NCBI GenBank assembly: GCA_038205745.1
Contig: JBBRBM010000003.1
Location: 3,879 to 67,878, forward strand
Length of the DNA: 64,000 bases
From: Verrucomicrobiota bacterium
Lineage (GTDB): Bacteria; Verrucomicrobiota; Verrucomicrobiia; Limisphaerales; SIBH01
Reading direction: 5' to 3'
The first letter of the stretch is position 1. Each line of letters starts with the position of its first letter. The position numbers were made by a program, and so were the translations under genes. Positions 1-7,177 of this stretch are shown piece after piece. The notes under the pieces were generated by a model. That model saw only the letters and a program-made list of their open reading frames with translations. It had not been told where the DNA came from and searched no databases.

Positions 1-78
1 GTGAGTTGGACGAATGAAGGCAAGACTTACGTGCTCGCCGGCAGCATGGAAGCGAAGGAACTCGCGCAATTTCTTTGA
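1..78 (+). CDS. 3' end of an upstream gene (last 25 codons only; product not assignable)
   Basis: Frame 1 is open from the window edge and stops at TGA 76-78 (VSWTNEGKTYVLAGSMEAKELAQFL*). It is too short to classify. Confidence 0.3.
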   Translation: MSWTNEGKTYVLAGSMEAKELAQFL

Positions 79-116
79 TGCGGGCTTTCTCGGATCCGGG
101 CGGAGTCACTGCCGCA

Positions 117-1010
117 TCAGTGGGAATACGGCGGTGGGGAACTGGGACCGTCCTGAATGGAAGTCTGTGACATCAGCCAGTAGAAATCCCATCTTTCGCC
201 CTCGGGAATAGGCAACGGCAACTCTGCGGCATCTGGGCGTGCCGGCTGCCGCGTGAGCTTGTTCCTCCAGCGATGCCACTCGGCGCGACCATCAACGTAA
301 GCCATGTTCGCTCCGCCGTTGTGAAATGACGCCGGCAAGTCGATCCACTGCTTCTGGCTGTAACGATTCAGAAAGTAACCGTCATTGATGCTGTCGGGAT
401 GTTCCTCGATCAGTGCGAAGATTCGGGAGGGTTGCGGGACATCACCGAGCCGAATGAACTGGCGATACCCTGGGTTGTTCGTGTTTTGGCCCGAGCTCAT
501 GAACTCGCCCGCGTTCCCGACCATGGCGTTCATCGAGATGCTGCGCACGCGCTCGCGCCAGCCCGCCACTTTCTGAGTTTCGCTGAGAATGGTGTCCGAG
601 GGGCATTTGAACAACTTCGCCACACCGCCAACGTACGGTCCCAGCCCGCCAACGCTGAGCAGCCAACTGTTGGTATTGTCCGAATCCAGTTCCCAACTCA
701 TCACGTCGTTGGCCCAGTTGAGGAACTCGCCCTTTGCCACGGTTGCCTGGATGCCTTGTGTGCCCATGTTCTGCGGGAGCTCATCTTCATGTTCGCCCGC
801 GTAAAGATGTATTGCCAGGCCGAGCTGCCGCATGTTGTTCAGGCAGAAGGCGCCTTTGCTTTTCTCACGAGCTCCCTTGAGGGCAGGAATCAAAAGCGAT
901 GCGAGGATCGCCATGATGGCAATCACCACCAGCAGCTCGATCAGTGTGAACGCTTGGACGCGTCCCCGCCGTTCGAACTCGCGCCTTCGCACATGGATTT
1001 GGATGCGCAC
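117..1010 (-). CDS. Prepilin-type N-terminal cleavage/methylation domain protein with H-X9-DG motif (DUF1559-like type II pseudopilin family)
   Basis: The N-terminus (...[28 protein letters not shown]) is the classic N-methylation signature plus a hydrophobic helix. The C-terminal region has [12 protein letters not shown], an exact H-X9-DG. This family is expanded in Planctomycetes and Verrucomicrobia. Confidence 0.85.
   Translation of the reverse strand: MRIQIHVRRREFERRGRVQAFTLIELLVVIAIMAILASLLIPALKGAREKSKGAFCLNNMRQLGLAIHLYAGEHEDELPQNMGTQGIQATVAKGEFLNWANDVMSWELDSDNTNSWLLSVGGLGPYVGGVAKLFKCPSDTILSETQKVAGWRERVRSISMNAMVGNAGEFMSSGQNTNNPGYRQFIRLGDVPQPSRIFALIEEHPDSINDGYFLNRYSQKQWIDLPASFHNGGANMAYVDGRAEWHRWRNKLTRQPARPDAAELPLPIPEGERWDFYWLMSQTSIQDGPSSPPPYSH
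288..323 (-). other. H-X9-DG motif ([12 protein letters not shown])
   Basis: The reverse complement of 288-323 reads cac aac ggc gga gcg aac atg gct tac gtt gat ggt. Confidence 0.9.
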
Positions 1011-1355
1011 GCTAGTGATTGATACGTAGCCTAGAAAAGTTCCTGCGCGCGGTCAACCCGGGGAAAGACTGATTTCTGAACTCCCGGAAGCTGTGCGGCT
1101 GTCATTCTGGCCCCGGTGGTTACGCCGCTCGGACGATGAATTGGCTTGAGGCAGAGACTCAACGCAAGAATCGCAAGCTCCTTTGCTCCCCTGCACCTGC
1201 GCTCCTCTTCCCATCCGCCGCTCGACGTCAGTTGGTGTTCGCGCCGGCATGATTCTTCACGCTCTTTTTGCAAGCGATCTCCCATGAAATTCTGTTTTGA
1301 TTTGAACTTGGTCTTGCGCAGGCACACGTTTCTACAACACAGCGAAAGGAAATCT

Positions 1356-1628
1356 ATGTCGCAAGCCATGATGGATCCCGAGCAGGTCCGGCGGTTCGCC
1401 GAGGAACTGCAGCGTTTCACGCGCGATCTCCAAAACCGCATGGGCTCCCTGCAGGCGCGCTTTTCGGCGCTGGGCGATTCGTGGCAGGACCAGGAACACC
1501 AGAAGTTCACTGACGAGTTCAAGCAGACCACGAAGGCGTTCAAGAAATTCGTCGAACTGTCGGACCAACACGTCCCGTTCCTTTTGCGCAAAGCGCAGCG
1601 CATCGAGGAGTATTTGAACCAGCGATGA
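1356..1628 (+). CDS. Small (90 aa) all-helical WXG100-like protein, with W-Q-D in place of W-x-G
   Basis: ATG 1356 is preceded by AAGGA (1346-1350). The size is ~100 aa. The central turn LGDSWQDQEHQKFTDEFKQ has the W-x-[G/D]-x5-F-x3-F spacing seen in Esx/WXG100 proteins. Heptad-like helical sequence lies on both sides. The gene sits directly upstream of a triple-FtsK ATPase. The in-frame upstream extension to 1146 is R/S-rich and lacks an RBS. Confidence 0.6.
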   Translation: MSQAMMDPEQVRRFAEELQRFTRDLQNRMGSLQARFSALGDSWQDQEHQKFTDEFKQTTKAFKKFVELSDQHVPFLLRKAQRIEEYLNQR

Positions 1629-1643
1629 ATGTGCCTGGTTGCA

Positions 1644-1710
1644 AGTTGAAGGTTGAAGGTTGCAGGTTCGTGCGCGCTCACCTGCAACCTTCGACCAGAC
1701 ACCTTCAACT
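1644..1710 (+). other. Extended intercistronic RNA stem-loop (13-bp inner stem plus 10-bp outer stem) with internally repeated arms
   Basis: 1655-1667 (gaaggttgcaggt) pairs perfectly with 1680-1692 (acctgcaaccttc), leaving a 12-nt loop. 1644-1653 (agttgaaggt) pairs perfectly with 1701-1710 (accttcaact). The left arm carries gttgaaggt twice (1645-1653, 1652-1660) and the right arm carries accttc twice. No U-tract follows. Confidence 0.6.
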
Positions 1711-1721
1711 CACCTGACGCC

Positions 1722-2294
1722 ATGGCCGACAGCGCACACGTCACTTCCGTCGATGCCATCGAGTCCTTCCGCGTGGGTCTAATCAATTACCTGAGCAAAG
1801 CCCGACCCGCTCTCGACGATGCGATCGATGATGTCGCCCGCACGCGTGACTGGCTTCAGCACAATCAACTGCGGCGTTGGGAGGGCGAATTGAAACGCCG
1901 GCGACGTGTAGTCGAGGAAGCGGAACAAGCCGTGTTCAGCGCCAGAATTTCCAGTCTCCGTGAAGTGTCGACGGCGGAGACTGCCGCCGTAACACGTGCG
2001 CGCCGGGCGATGATGGAGGCGGAAGAAAAATTGCACCTCGTGAAGAAATGGCTGCGGGTTTTCGGCAATCACGTCGATCCGCTGGTGAAGCAACTCGAAC
2101 AAGTGCAAACGATGTTTGGCAACACGATGCCCCGAGGCATCGCGCATCTGGCGGCATTGGTGAAGACGCTCGATGCTTACGCGAACGTCAGCACGGCGTC
2201 GTTGGCGGGACCGACACCACAAGCAACGCCAGAAGTATCGCCTTCAGATGCTGCGCCTGTGCAAACTGATCCCCTGAAAGCCGAACCCACATGA
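1722..2294 (+). CDS. 190-aa charged coiled-coil protein with a W-E-G turn after the first ~50 helical residues (possible extended WXG100/LXG-like protein)
   Basis: ATG 1722. The sequence ...TRDWLQHNQLRRWEGELKRRRRVVEEAEQ... has a W53-E54-G55 motif. Long helical segments are followed by a P/A/T-rich tail. Its stop overlaps the next start (ATGA at 2291-2294). Confidence 0.55.
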   Translation: MADSAHVTSVDAIESFRVGLINYLSKARPALDDAIDDVARTRDWLQHNQLRRWEGELKRRRRVVEEAEQAVFSARISSLREVSTAETAAVTRARRAMMEAEEKLHLVKKWLRVFGNHVDPLVKQLEQVQTMFGNTMPRGIAHLAALVKTLDAYANVSTASLAGPTPQATPEVSPSDAAPVQTDPLKAEPT

Positions 2295-2515
2295 TCTCCC
2301 AATCCCACATCAGTGCGAACGGACGGCTCGTCGCGGCGTTGACCAAAGACCTGATGCGCAACTGGGCCGGCACCAAGGAGCAATGGCAGGACGCCAAGGC
2401 CTATGAGTTCGAGCAACGATTCCTTTCCGAGCTGATGAACAGCGTCGATCGTGCGGTGCCGGTCTTTGAAGATTTGGAAAAGGTGATTAGAAAGATCAGG
2501 AGCGACTGTGAGTAA
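2291..2515 (+). CDS. Small (74 aa) WXG100-like helical protein, paralogous to the 90-aa protein
   Basis: It contains a literal W-A-G (residues 25-27) followed by EQWQDAKAYEFEQRF. It shares W-Q-D..F..(E/Q)(F/R)F...VP(F/V)F with the product of 1356-1628. It is translationally coupled on both sides (ATGA at 2291; an 8-nt overlap with GTG 2508). Confidence 0.6.
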   Translation: MISQSHISANGRLVAALTKDLMRNWAGTKEQWQDAKAYEFEQRFLSELMNSVDRAVPVFEDLEKVIRKIRSDCE

Positions 2516-5500
2516 GCACCTGACCGTCACACAAACGATCGAGCTGCTGGAGAGCCTCAAATCGACGGTGCGCGAATTCGCCGCCGCCGAAGAGAAGATC
2601 AATCGAGAGTTCAAGAGCAAGAGCGATGCGGCACAGAAGCGTTTCGAAGAAGAAGTCCGCACTCACGACTCCCAGGTAAACGATCAATTGCGACGCTCGA
2701 ATGCGGAGTTCGATCACGCGCAGGCGGGGGTGCAATCGCGTTACGAGCAACGCAAGTTGAAGATCGCGAAAGCCTACAAGAACGCCAAACGCCAGCGGCT
2801 CCAGCGTGTCGACGACGAAGAAGGGCGCATCAAATACCAAAGCCAGAAAGGGATGCTCGACACCAAGCGTTGGCGCACTGAGTCGCTGACGCGGAACGAT
2901 GTGCGGCTCGCCGACTTCAACCAGCGGCTCGCAGAAGCCCAGGCCACGTTGACCACGCTTCAGGACGAGGCGACAAAAGCATTTCGTGGCCACGGAAATT
3001 TCCGGAAAGAATTGGAGAAGCCCACAGGTGTTCCGAACATTGAGCGGACATCGGCCGAGGAACAGTTCTTCGAAAGGTTAAACGCATTGCTCACGCGCAC
3101 GCGCGAAAACCTCGACAAGTTCCGGATGCTTGCGGCGCCCCGGTTGTTCGGCGCCATCCCCATCGGTTTCGGCAAGAGCGAAGCGGCTCCGCTGGCAAAG
3201 ACGATCGCGCACGACCTCGAAACCAGCCGTCGCCTCTACGCGGCCGCTTCAGAAACGGCTCAGGCGCATCACGCTTCAGAGGTCGAACGCATCGAATCCG
3301 AGTCCAAACTACGGCTCGACGATTTTCAGTCGCACTGGACGGTGGGCATCGAGGGAGCCGAACGCGCAAGAGGGATCTGGCCCGGATACGTTGACGAGAA
3401 AGAACAGCGCGTGACGGTCAGACTGGAACAACTGCACATCGCGCGGCTGAACAGGTTGGAGTCCGAGCACAACGAGCGTGTATCAAAAACCCGCGGCGAG
3501 TCTGACGCGAAGCGATCCTCGATCGTCGCTACACACGAAACCCGCGCTGCGAAGTTTCGTTCCGACTACGAGGCTCAATGGCAAAAGCTGGAACTTGATT
3601 GGCGCTTGAGCGTCGAACCGCTTCTGCGCGCGATCGAAGCGGCGAACACCGCGGCGGCGGAATTCAAGCCGTGGACTCCGGAGTTATGGAGCGATTGGTT
3701 GACGCCGACCGAGTTTGGAAACGCCGCCGGCTTCGCGCGGCTCGAAGTGGAGCTGAAACGTTTCGCCGAGGCTGTTCCACACGACACGCGGCTTCAGCGT
3801 GCCCCCGGCATCTTGCCGGGTCCGGTCTTGGAATTCACAACAAGGCGCTCGTCTGAGAGCAACGCCCGGCAAGATGCCGGGGGCACGCTGTTTTCACTGC
3901 CGCTTGTGCTCACGTATCCGCAGCAAGGTTCCGTCTTGTTCGAGACCACGCGCACCGGAAACGAGCCGGTGTTCGAGGCGTTGAACAACATCATCTTCCG
4001 ACTGCTTTCCACGACACCCGCGGGCAAGTTGAGTTTCACAATCATCGACCCGGTGAAGCTTGGGCAGAACTTCTCCACTGTGATGCACCTCGCGGATTAC
4101 GAAGACAACGTCATCAACGGCCGCATCTGGACGCAGCCGAACCAAATTGACGAACGGCTCGGCGAGTTGAACGAGCACATGGAGAAAGTCATCCAGATGT
4201 ATCTCCGCAACGAGTACGAGACGATCGCGGAATACAATCGGCAGGCCGGAAACATCGCGGAGAAATATCACTTCGTCGTCGTGGCGGATTTCCCGGCGAA
4301 CTTCACCGACAGCGCGGTGAAGCGGTTGCTCCGCATTGCCGCGAGCGGTGCGCGCTGCGGTGTTTACACACTGATCCATTGGGATCATCGGCACACCGCG
4401 CCGGCGGATTTCTTTCCTGAGGAACTCCGCAAGAGCAGCGTGTGCATCAACATGGCGGGCGAACAGTTCGTGCTCGCTCATCCGTTCGTGCCAGGCGTGA
4501 AGGTGTTGCTGGATGCGCCGCCCGCGCCGGATTTCGCAACGGAATTTCTACACAAGGTCGGCGAGGCGGGTCGCGGATCGAATCGCGTTGAAGTGCCGTT
4601 CGCCCAGATCGCGCCGGCGCCGGACGACATCTGGTCGCTTGAAACGACGGAAGAACTTCGCGTTCCAATCGGACGCTCTGGCGCGACGAAGCTGCAGTAT
4701 CTCGCGATCGGAAAAGGCACCCGGCAACACGCGCTCGTCGCGGGCAAAACCGGCTCCGGCAAATCGACACTGTTCCACGTCATCATCACGAACCTCGCGC
4801 TCTGGTGCAGTCCCGAGCAGGTGGAGTTTTACCTCGTGGATTTCAAGAAGGGCGTTGAGTTCAAAAGCTATGCAACGAATCGATTGCCACACGCGAAAGT
4901 GGTGGCGATCGAGAGCGATCGCGAGTTCGGGCTCAGTGTGTTGCAGCGGCTGGACGAAGAATTGAAGCGCCGCGGCGAACTGTTCCGCAAACTCGGCGTG
5001 CAGGACGTTGCCGGATACAAGCGCGTCGGCGCTTCGCTGCAGACGGCCATTGAACCGATGCCCCGCACCTTGCTGCTCATCGATGAGTTCCAGGAATTCT
5101 TCGTGGAGGACGATCGCATCGCGCAGGCGGCGAATCTGTTGCTTGATCGCATTGTGCGCCAGGGCCGCGCGTTTGGCATTCACTGCATCCTCGGCTCGCA
5201 GACGCTCGGTGGCGCCTACACGCTTGCGCGCACCACGATTGGGCAAATGGTCATCCGCGTCGCGCTCCAGTGCAACGAAGCCGACGCTTACCTGATCATG
5301 GACGAGAACAACGCTGCGCCGCGTTTGCTCACGCGTCCTGGCGAAGGCATCTACAACGACATGGCTGGCGCGAGCGAAGGCAACAGCCCGTTCCAGGCCG
5401 TCTGGATCAGCGATGAAGAACGCGACGCGCGACTCACTCACGTGCGGCGCGTCGCAGATGAGCGTGGTGGAAAATTTTCCGTGCCGATTGTTTTCGAAGG

Positions 5501-6344
5501 CAACGCCCCCGCCGATGTGCGGGACAATCCATTGCTGCAACAATTGCTCGCCAACGGAGCGCAGAACTCCAGCTCTGTGCGCATCTGGCTCGGCGCCCCG
5601 AACTCGATCAAAGGTCCGACCGAAGCCGTGTTCCAAAATCGCAGCGGCAACAATTTGCTCGTGGTCGGTCAACGCGAAGAAGCAGTGCTGGCAATGTTGA
5701 GCGCGTCGCTGATTGCACTCGCCGCGCAGTTCGATAAGGGCGCGGCGAAGTTCATCCTGTTCGAGAGCACCGCGCCAGGTTCCGCAGAGCGCGCGTTCAT
5801 TGAACGCGTGGCGCGGGCCATTCCACACGGCGTCACACTGGGCAAACCCGGCGATCTCGTCGCCGTGCTCAACGGGCTCGCAGAAGATTTGCAGGACCGA
5901 ACGAACAGCGAACACGCGACGACACCGACGTTCCTGTTTCTTCACGGCATGCAGAATCTGAAGAAGCTAAAGCAGGACGATGAGTTCGCTTTCAGCAGCA
6001 GCGACGACGGCCCGAGTCCATCCGCACAATTGCAAAAATTGATTACCGAAGGCCCCGCGCATGGAATTCATGTGATCGCCACGCTCGACACTTTCAACAA
6101 CGTGACTCGTTTCCTCGGACGCAAGCTGCTGAGCGAATTCGAAATGCGCGTTCTCTTCCAAATGAGCGCGAACGATTCGTCGAGCCTCTGTGATGATCCA
6201 AAGGCCAGCACGCTCGGACTTCATCGCGCGCTTTTTTACAACGAGCAGGAGGGTTACCTGGAAACATTCCGACCTTATGCGCTGCCCAACCTGGAATGGC
6301 TTGAGCACGTGGCGGAGCAGTTATCGCGTCGCGTGCAGGGCTAA
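2508..6344 (+). CDS. FtsK/SpoIIIE-family ATPase with three tandem P-loop domains (EssC/EccC-like), a long N-terminal coiled coil and no recognisable TM segment
   Basis: GTG start at 2508. The middle domain is canonical: HALVAGKTGSGKSTLFHVIITNL (Walker A), RTLLLIDEFQEFF (Walker B), GRAFGIHCILGSQ. A degenerate upstream domain (approx. nt 3889-4400) has LSFTIIDPVKLG, YHFVVVADFP and GARCGVYTLI, with TRTGNEPV at the Walker A position. A degenerate downstream domain (approx. 5570-6344) has NNLLVVGQREEAVL, PTFLFLHGMQ and GPAHGIHVIATLD. The first ~450 aa are K/E/R/Q-rich coiled coil. Confidence 0.85.
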   Translation: MSKHLTVTQTIELLESLKSTVREFAAAEEKINREFKSKSDAAQKRFEEEVRTHDSQVNDQLRRSNAEFDHAQAGVQSRYEQRKLKIAKAYKNAKRQRLQRVDDEEGRIKYQSQKGMLDTKRWRTESLTRNDVRLADFNQRLAEAQATLTTLQDEATKAFRGHGNFRKELEKPTGVPNIERTSAEEQFFERLNALLTRTRENLDKFRMLAAPRLFGAIPIGFGKSEAAPLAKTIAHDLETSRRLYAAASETAQAHHASEVERIESESKLRLDDFQSHWTVGIEGAERARGIWPGYVDEKEQRVTVRLEQLHIARLNRLESEHNERVSKTRGESDAKRSSIVATHETRAAKFRSDYEAQWQKLELDWRLSVEPLLRAIEAANTAAAEFKPWTPELWSDWLTPTEFGNAAGFARLEVELKRFAEAVPHDTRLQRAPGILPGPVLEFTTRRSSESNARQDAGGTLFSLPLVLTYPQQGSVLFETTRTGNEPVFEALNNIIFRLLSTTPAGKLSFTIIDPVKLGQNFSTVMHLADYEDNVINGRIWTQPNQIDERLGELNEHMEKVIQMYLRNEYETIAEYNRQAGNIAEKYHFVVVADFPANFTDSAVKRLLRIAASGARCGVYTLIHWDHRHTAPADFFPEELRKSSVCINMAGEQFVLAHPFVPGVKVLLDAPPAPDFATEFLHKVGEAGRGSNRVEVPFAQIAPAPDDIWSLETTEELRVPIGRSGATKLQYLAIGKGTRQHALVAGKTGSGKSTLFHVIITNLALWCSPEQVEFYLVDFKKGVEFKSYATNRLPHAKVVAIESDREFGLSVLQRLDEELKRRGELFRKLGVQDVAGYKRVGASLQTAIEPMPRTLLLIDEFQEFFVEDDRIAQAANLLLDRIVRQGRAFGIHCILGSQTLGGAYTLARTTIGQMVIRVALQCNEADAYLIMDENNAAPRLLTRPGEGIYNDMAGASEGNSPFQAVWISDEERDARLTHVRRVADERGGKFSVPIVFEGNAPADVRDNPLLQQLLANGAQNSSSVRIWLGAPNSIKGPTEAVFQNRSGNNLLVVGQREEAVLAMLSASLIALAAQFDKGAAKFILFESTAPGSAERAFIERVARAIPHGVTLGKPGDLVAVLNGLAEDLQDRTNSEHATTPTFLFLHGMQNLKKLKQDDEFAFSSSDDGPSPSAQLQKLITEGPAHGIHVIATLDTFNNVTRFLGRKLLSEFEMRVLFQMSANDSSSLCDDPKASTLGLHRALFYNEQEGYLETFRPYALPNLEWLEHVAEQLSRRVQG
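4743..5090 (+). other. The only intact nucleotide-binding site of the ATPase: Walker A GKTGSGKST (4743-4769) and Walker B LLLIDEF (5070-5090)
   Basis: Read codon by codon and in frame with the 2508 start. Confidence 0.9.
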
Positions 6345-6393
6345 AAGTCAGCGCGGCTGGACAAACAGGTGGCGGTCACCCTTAATTTCGCGC

Positions 6394-7173
6394 GTGCAAC
6401 GCTACGGCAGCAACAAATTCAAGACGGCCCTCGATGCCGTTCGTCGCATTGAGAACTGGCCTGCCGCGTGGAATTTGCGGCTGCGCCGACACCAGAATGG
6501 GCTGACGCTGCTGCGCTTTCGCGACGGGATGAACGTAGTCTGCCGAGGCAACACGCGCGATTGGGACGTGGTTCACGAACTGATGTTTGCCGGAGGCTAC
6601 GCGAGAGCGTTTGAGTTTTTACGTGGAAACCGTGGTCGTAAAGCGGTGCTGGATCTGGGTGGAAATATCGGCCTCTTCAGCCTGCTCGCGGCGGCACAGT
6701 CGCCCGAGCTTCAGTTGCACGCGTATGAGCCGGGACCTCCGAACTATCGCCTCTTCGAGATGAATCGGCTGGCGAACCCGCAATTGAGTGAGCGCATCAT
6801 TCTACATCGCGAAGCCGTCGCCGGAGAAACCCGCGAGACAAAATGGTTTTTCGACGAGAAGAATCCCGGCGGCTCAAGCCTGTTCGCAACGGAAGGTGCC
6901 TCGTTCGACGTTCGCATTACGGCGTTCGCCGACGTGGTCGCGTCCATGACAGACACCATTGCGTTGGCGAAGATCGATATCGAGGGCGCGGAGTTCGAAT
7001 TGATCGAGCGCACGCCGGCCGCAGTTTGGGAAAAAATTCCAGCCATCTCACTCGAACTCCACGGCGACCCGTCCTCGCGAATGACGCAGCCTCAATTCCT
7101 CGAACGCATGCGCGGCTACGGCTACAACATCCACGAGGAGACGGTCTGCTCTTACTTCCTGACACGGCGCTAG
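6394..7173 (+). CDS. FkbM-family SAM-dependent methyltransferase
   Basis: VLDLGGNIGLFSL (SAM-binding motif I) and AKIDIEGAEFELI are hallmark FkbM-family motifs. GTG 6394 was chosen as the start because the ORF-track ATG at 6190 overlaps the ATPase gene by 155 nt. The start is uncertain. Confidence 0.75.
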   Translation: MQRYGSNKFKTALDAVRRIENWPAAWNLRLRRHQNGLTLLRFRDGMNVVCRGNTRDWDVVHELMFAGGYARAFEFLRGNRGRKAVLDLGGNIGLFSLLAAAQSPELQLHAYEPGPPNYRLFEMNRLANPQLSERIILHREAVAGETRETKWFFDEKNPGGSSLFATEGASFDVRITAFADVVASMTDTIALAKIDIEGAEFELIERTPAAVWEKIPAISLELHGDPSSRMTQPQFLERMRGYGYNIHEETVCSYFLTRR

Positions 7174-7177
7174 CAGT

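Noticed and set aside
1146-1355. N-terminal extension of the 90-aa WXG-like protein (ORF-track start at 1146, 160 aa).
   Set aside because: The extension (MRQRLNARIASSFAPLHLRSSSHPP...) is low-complexity. ATG 1356 has an AAGGA 6-10 nt upstream and yields the ~100-aa size expected for the family.
1031-1786. 251-aa minus-strand ORF spanning the pseudopilin/WXG intergenic region and the first WXG-like gene.
   Set aside because: It overlaps a + strand gene that has an RBS and a coherent helical sequence. Its own translation is Cys/Arg/Ser-rich with no motif. It would also run through the probable divergent promoter region.
4548-5945. 465-aa minus-strand ORF opposite the FtsK-like ATPase gene.
   Set aside because: The + strand carries canonical Walker A/B and FtsK-domain blocks across the same interval. 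The minus-strand translation has no motif and shows R/A-rich antisense composition.
6190-6393. ORF-track start (6190) of the FkbM methyltransferase.
   Set aside because: It would overlap the ATPase gene by 155 nt, and the extra 68 aa are Arg/Trp/Ser-rich with no similarity to the family. GTG 6394 is the first plausible start after the ATPase stop. The start remains uncertain.
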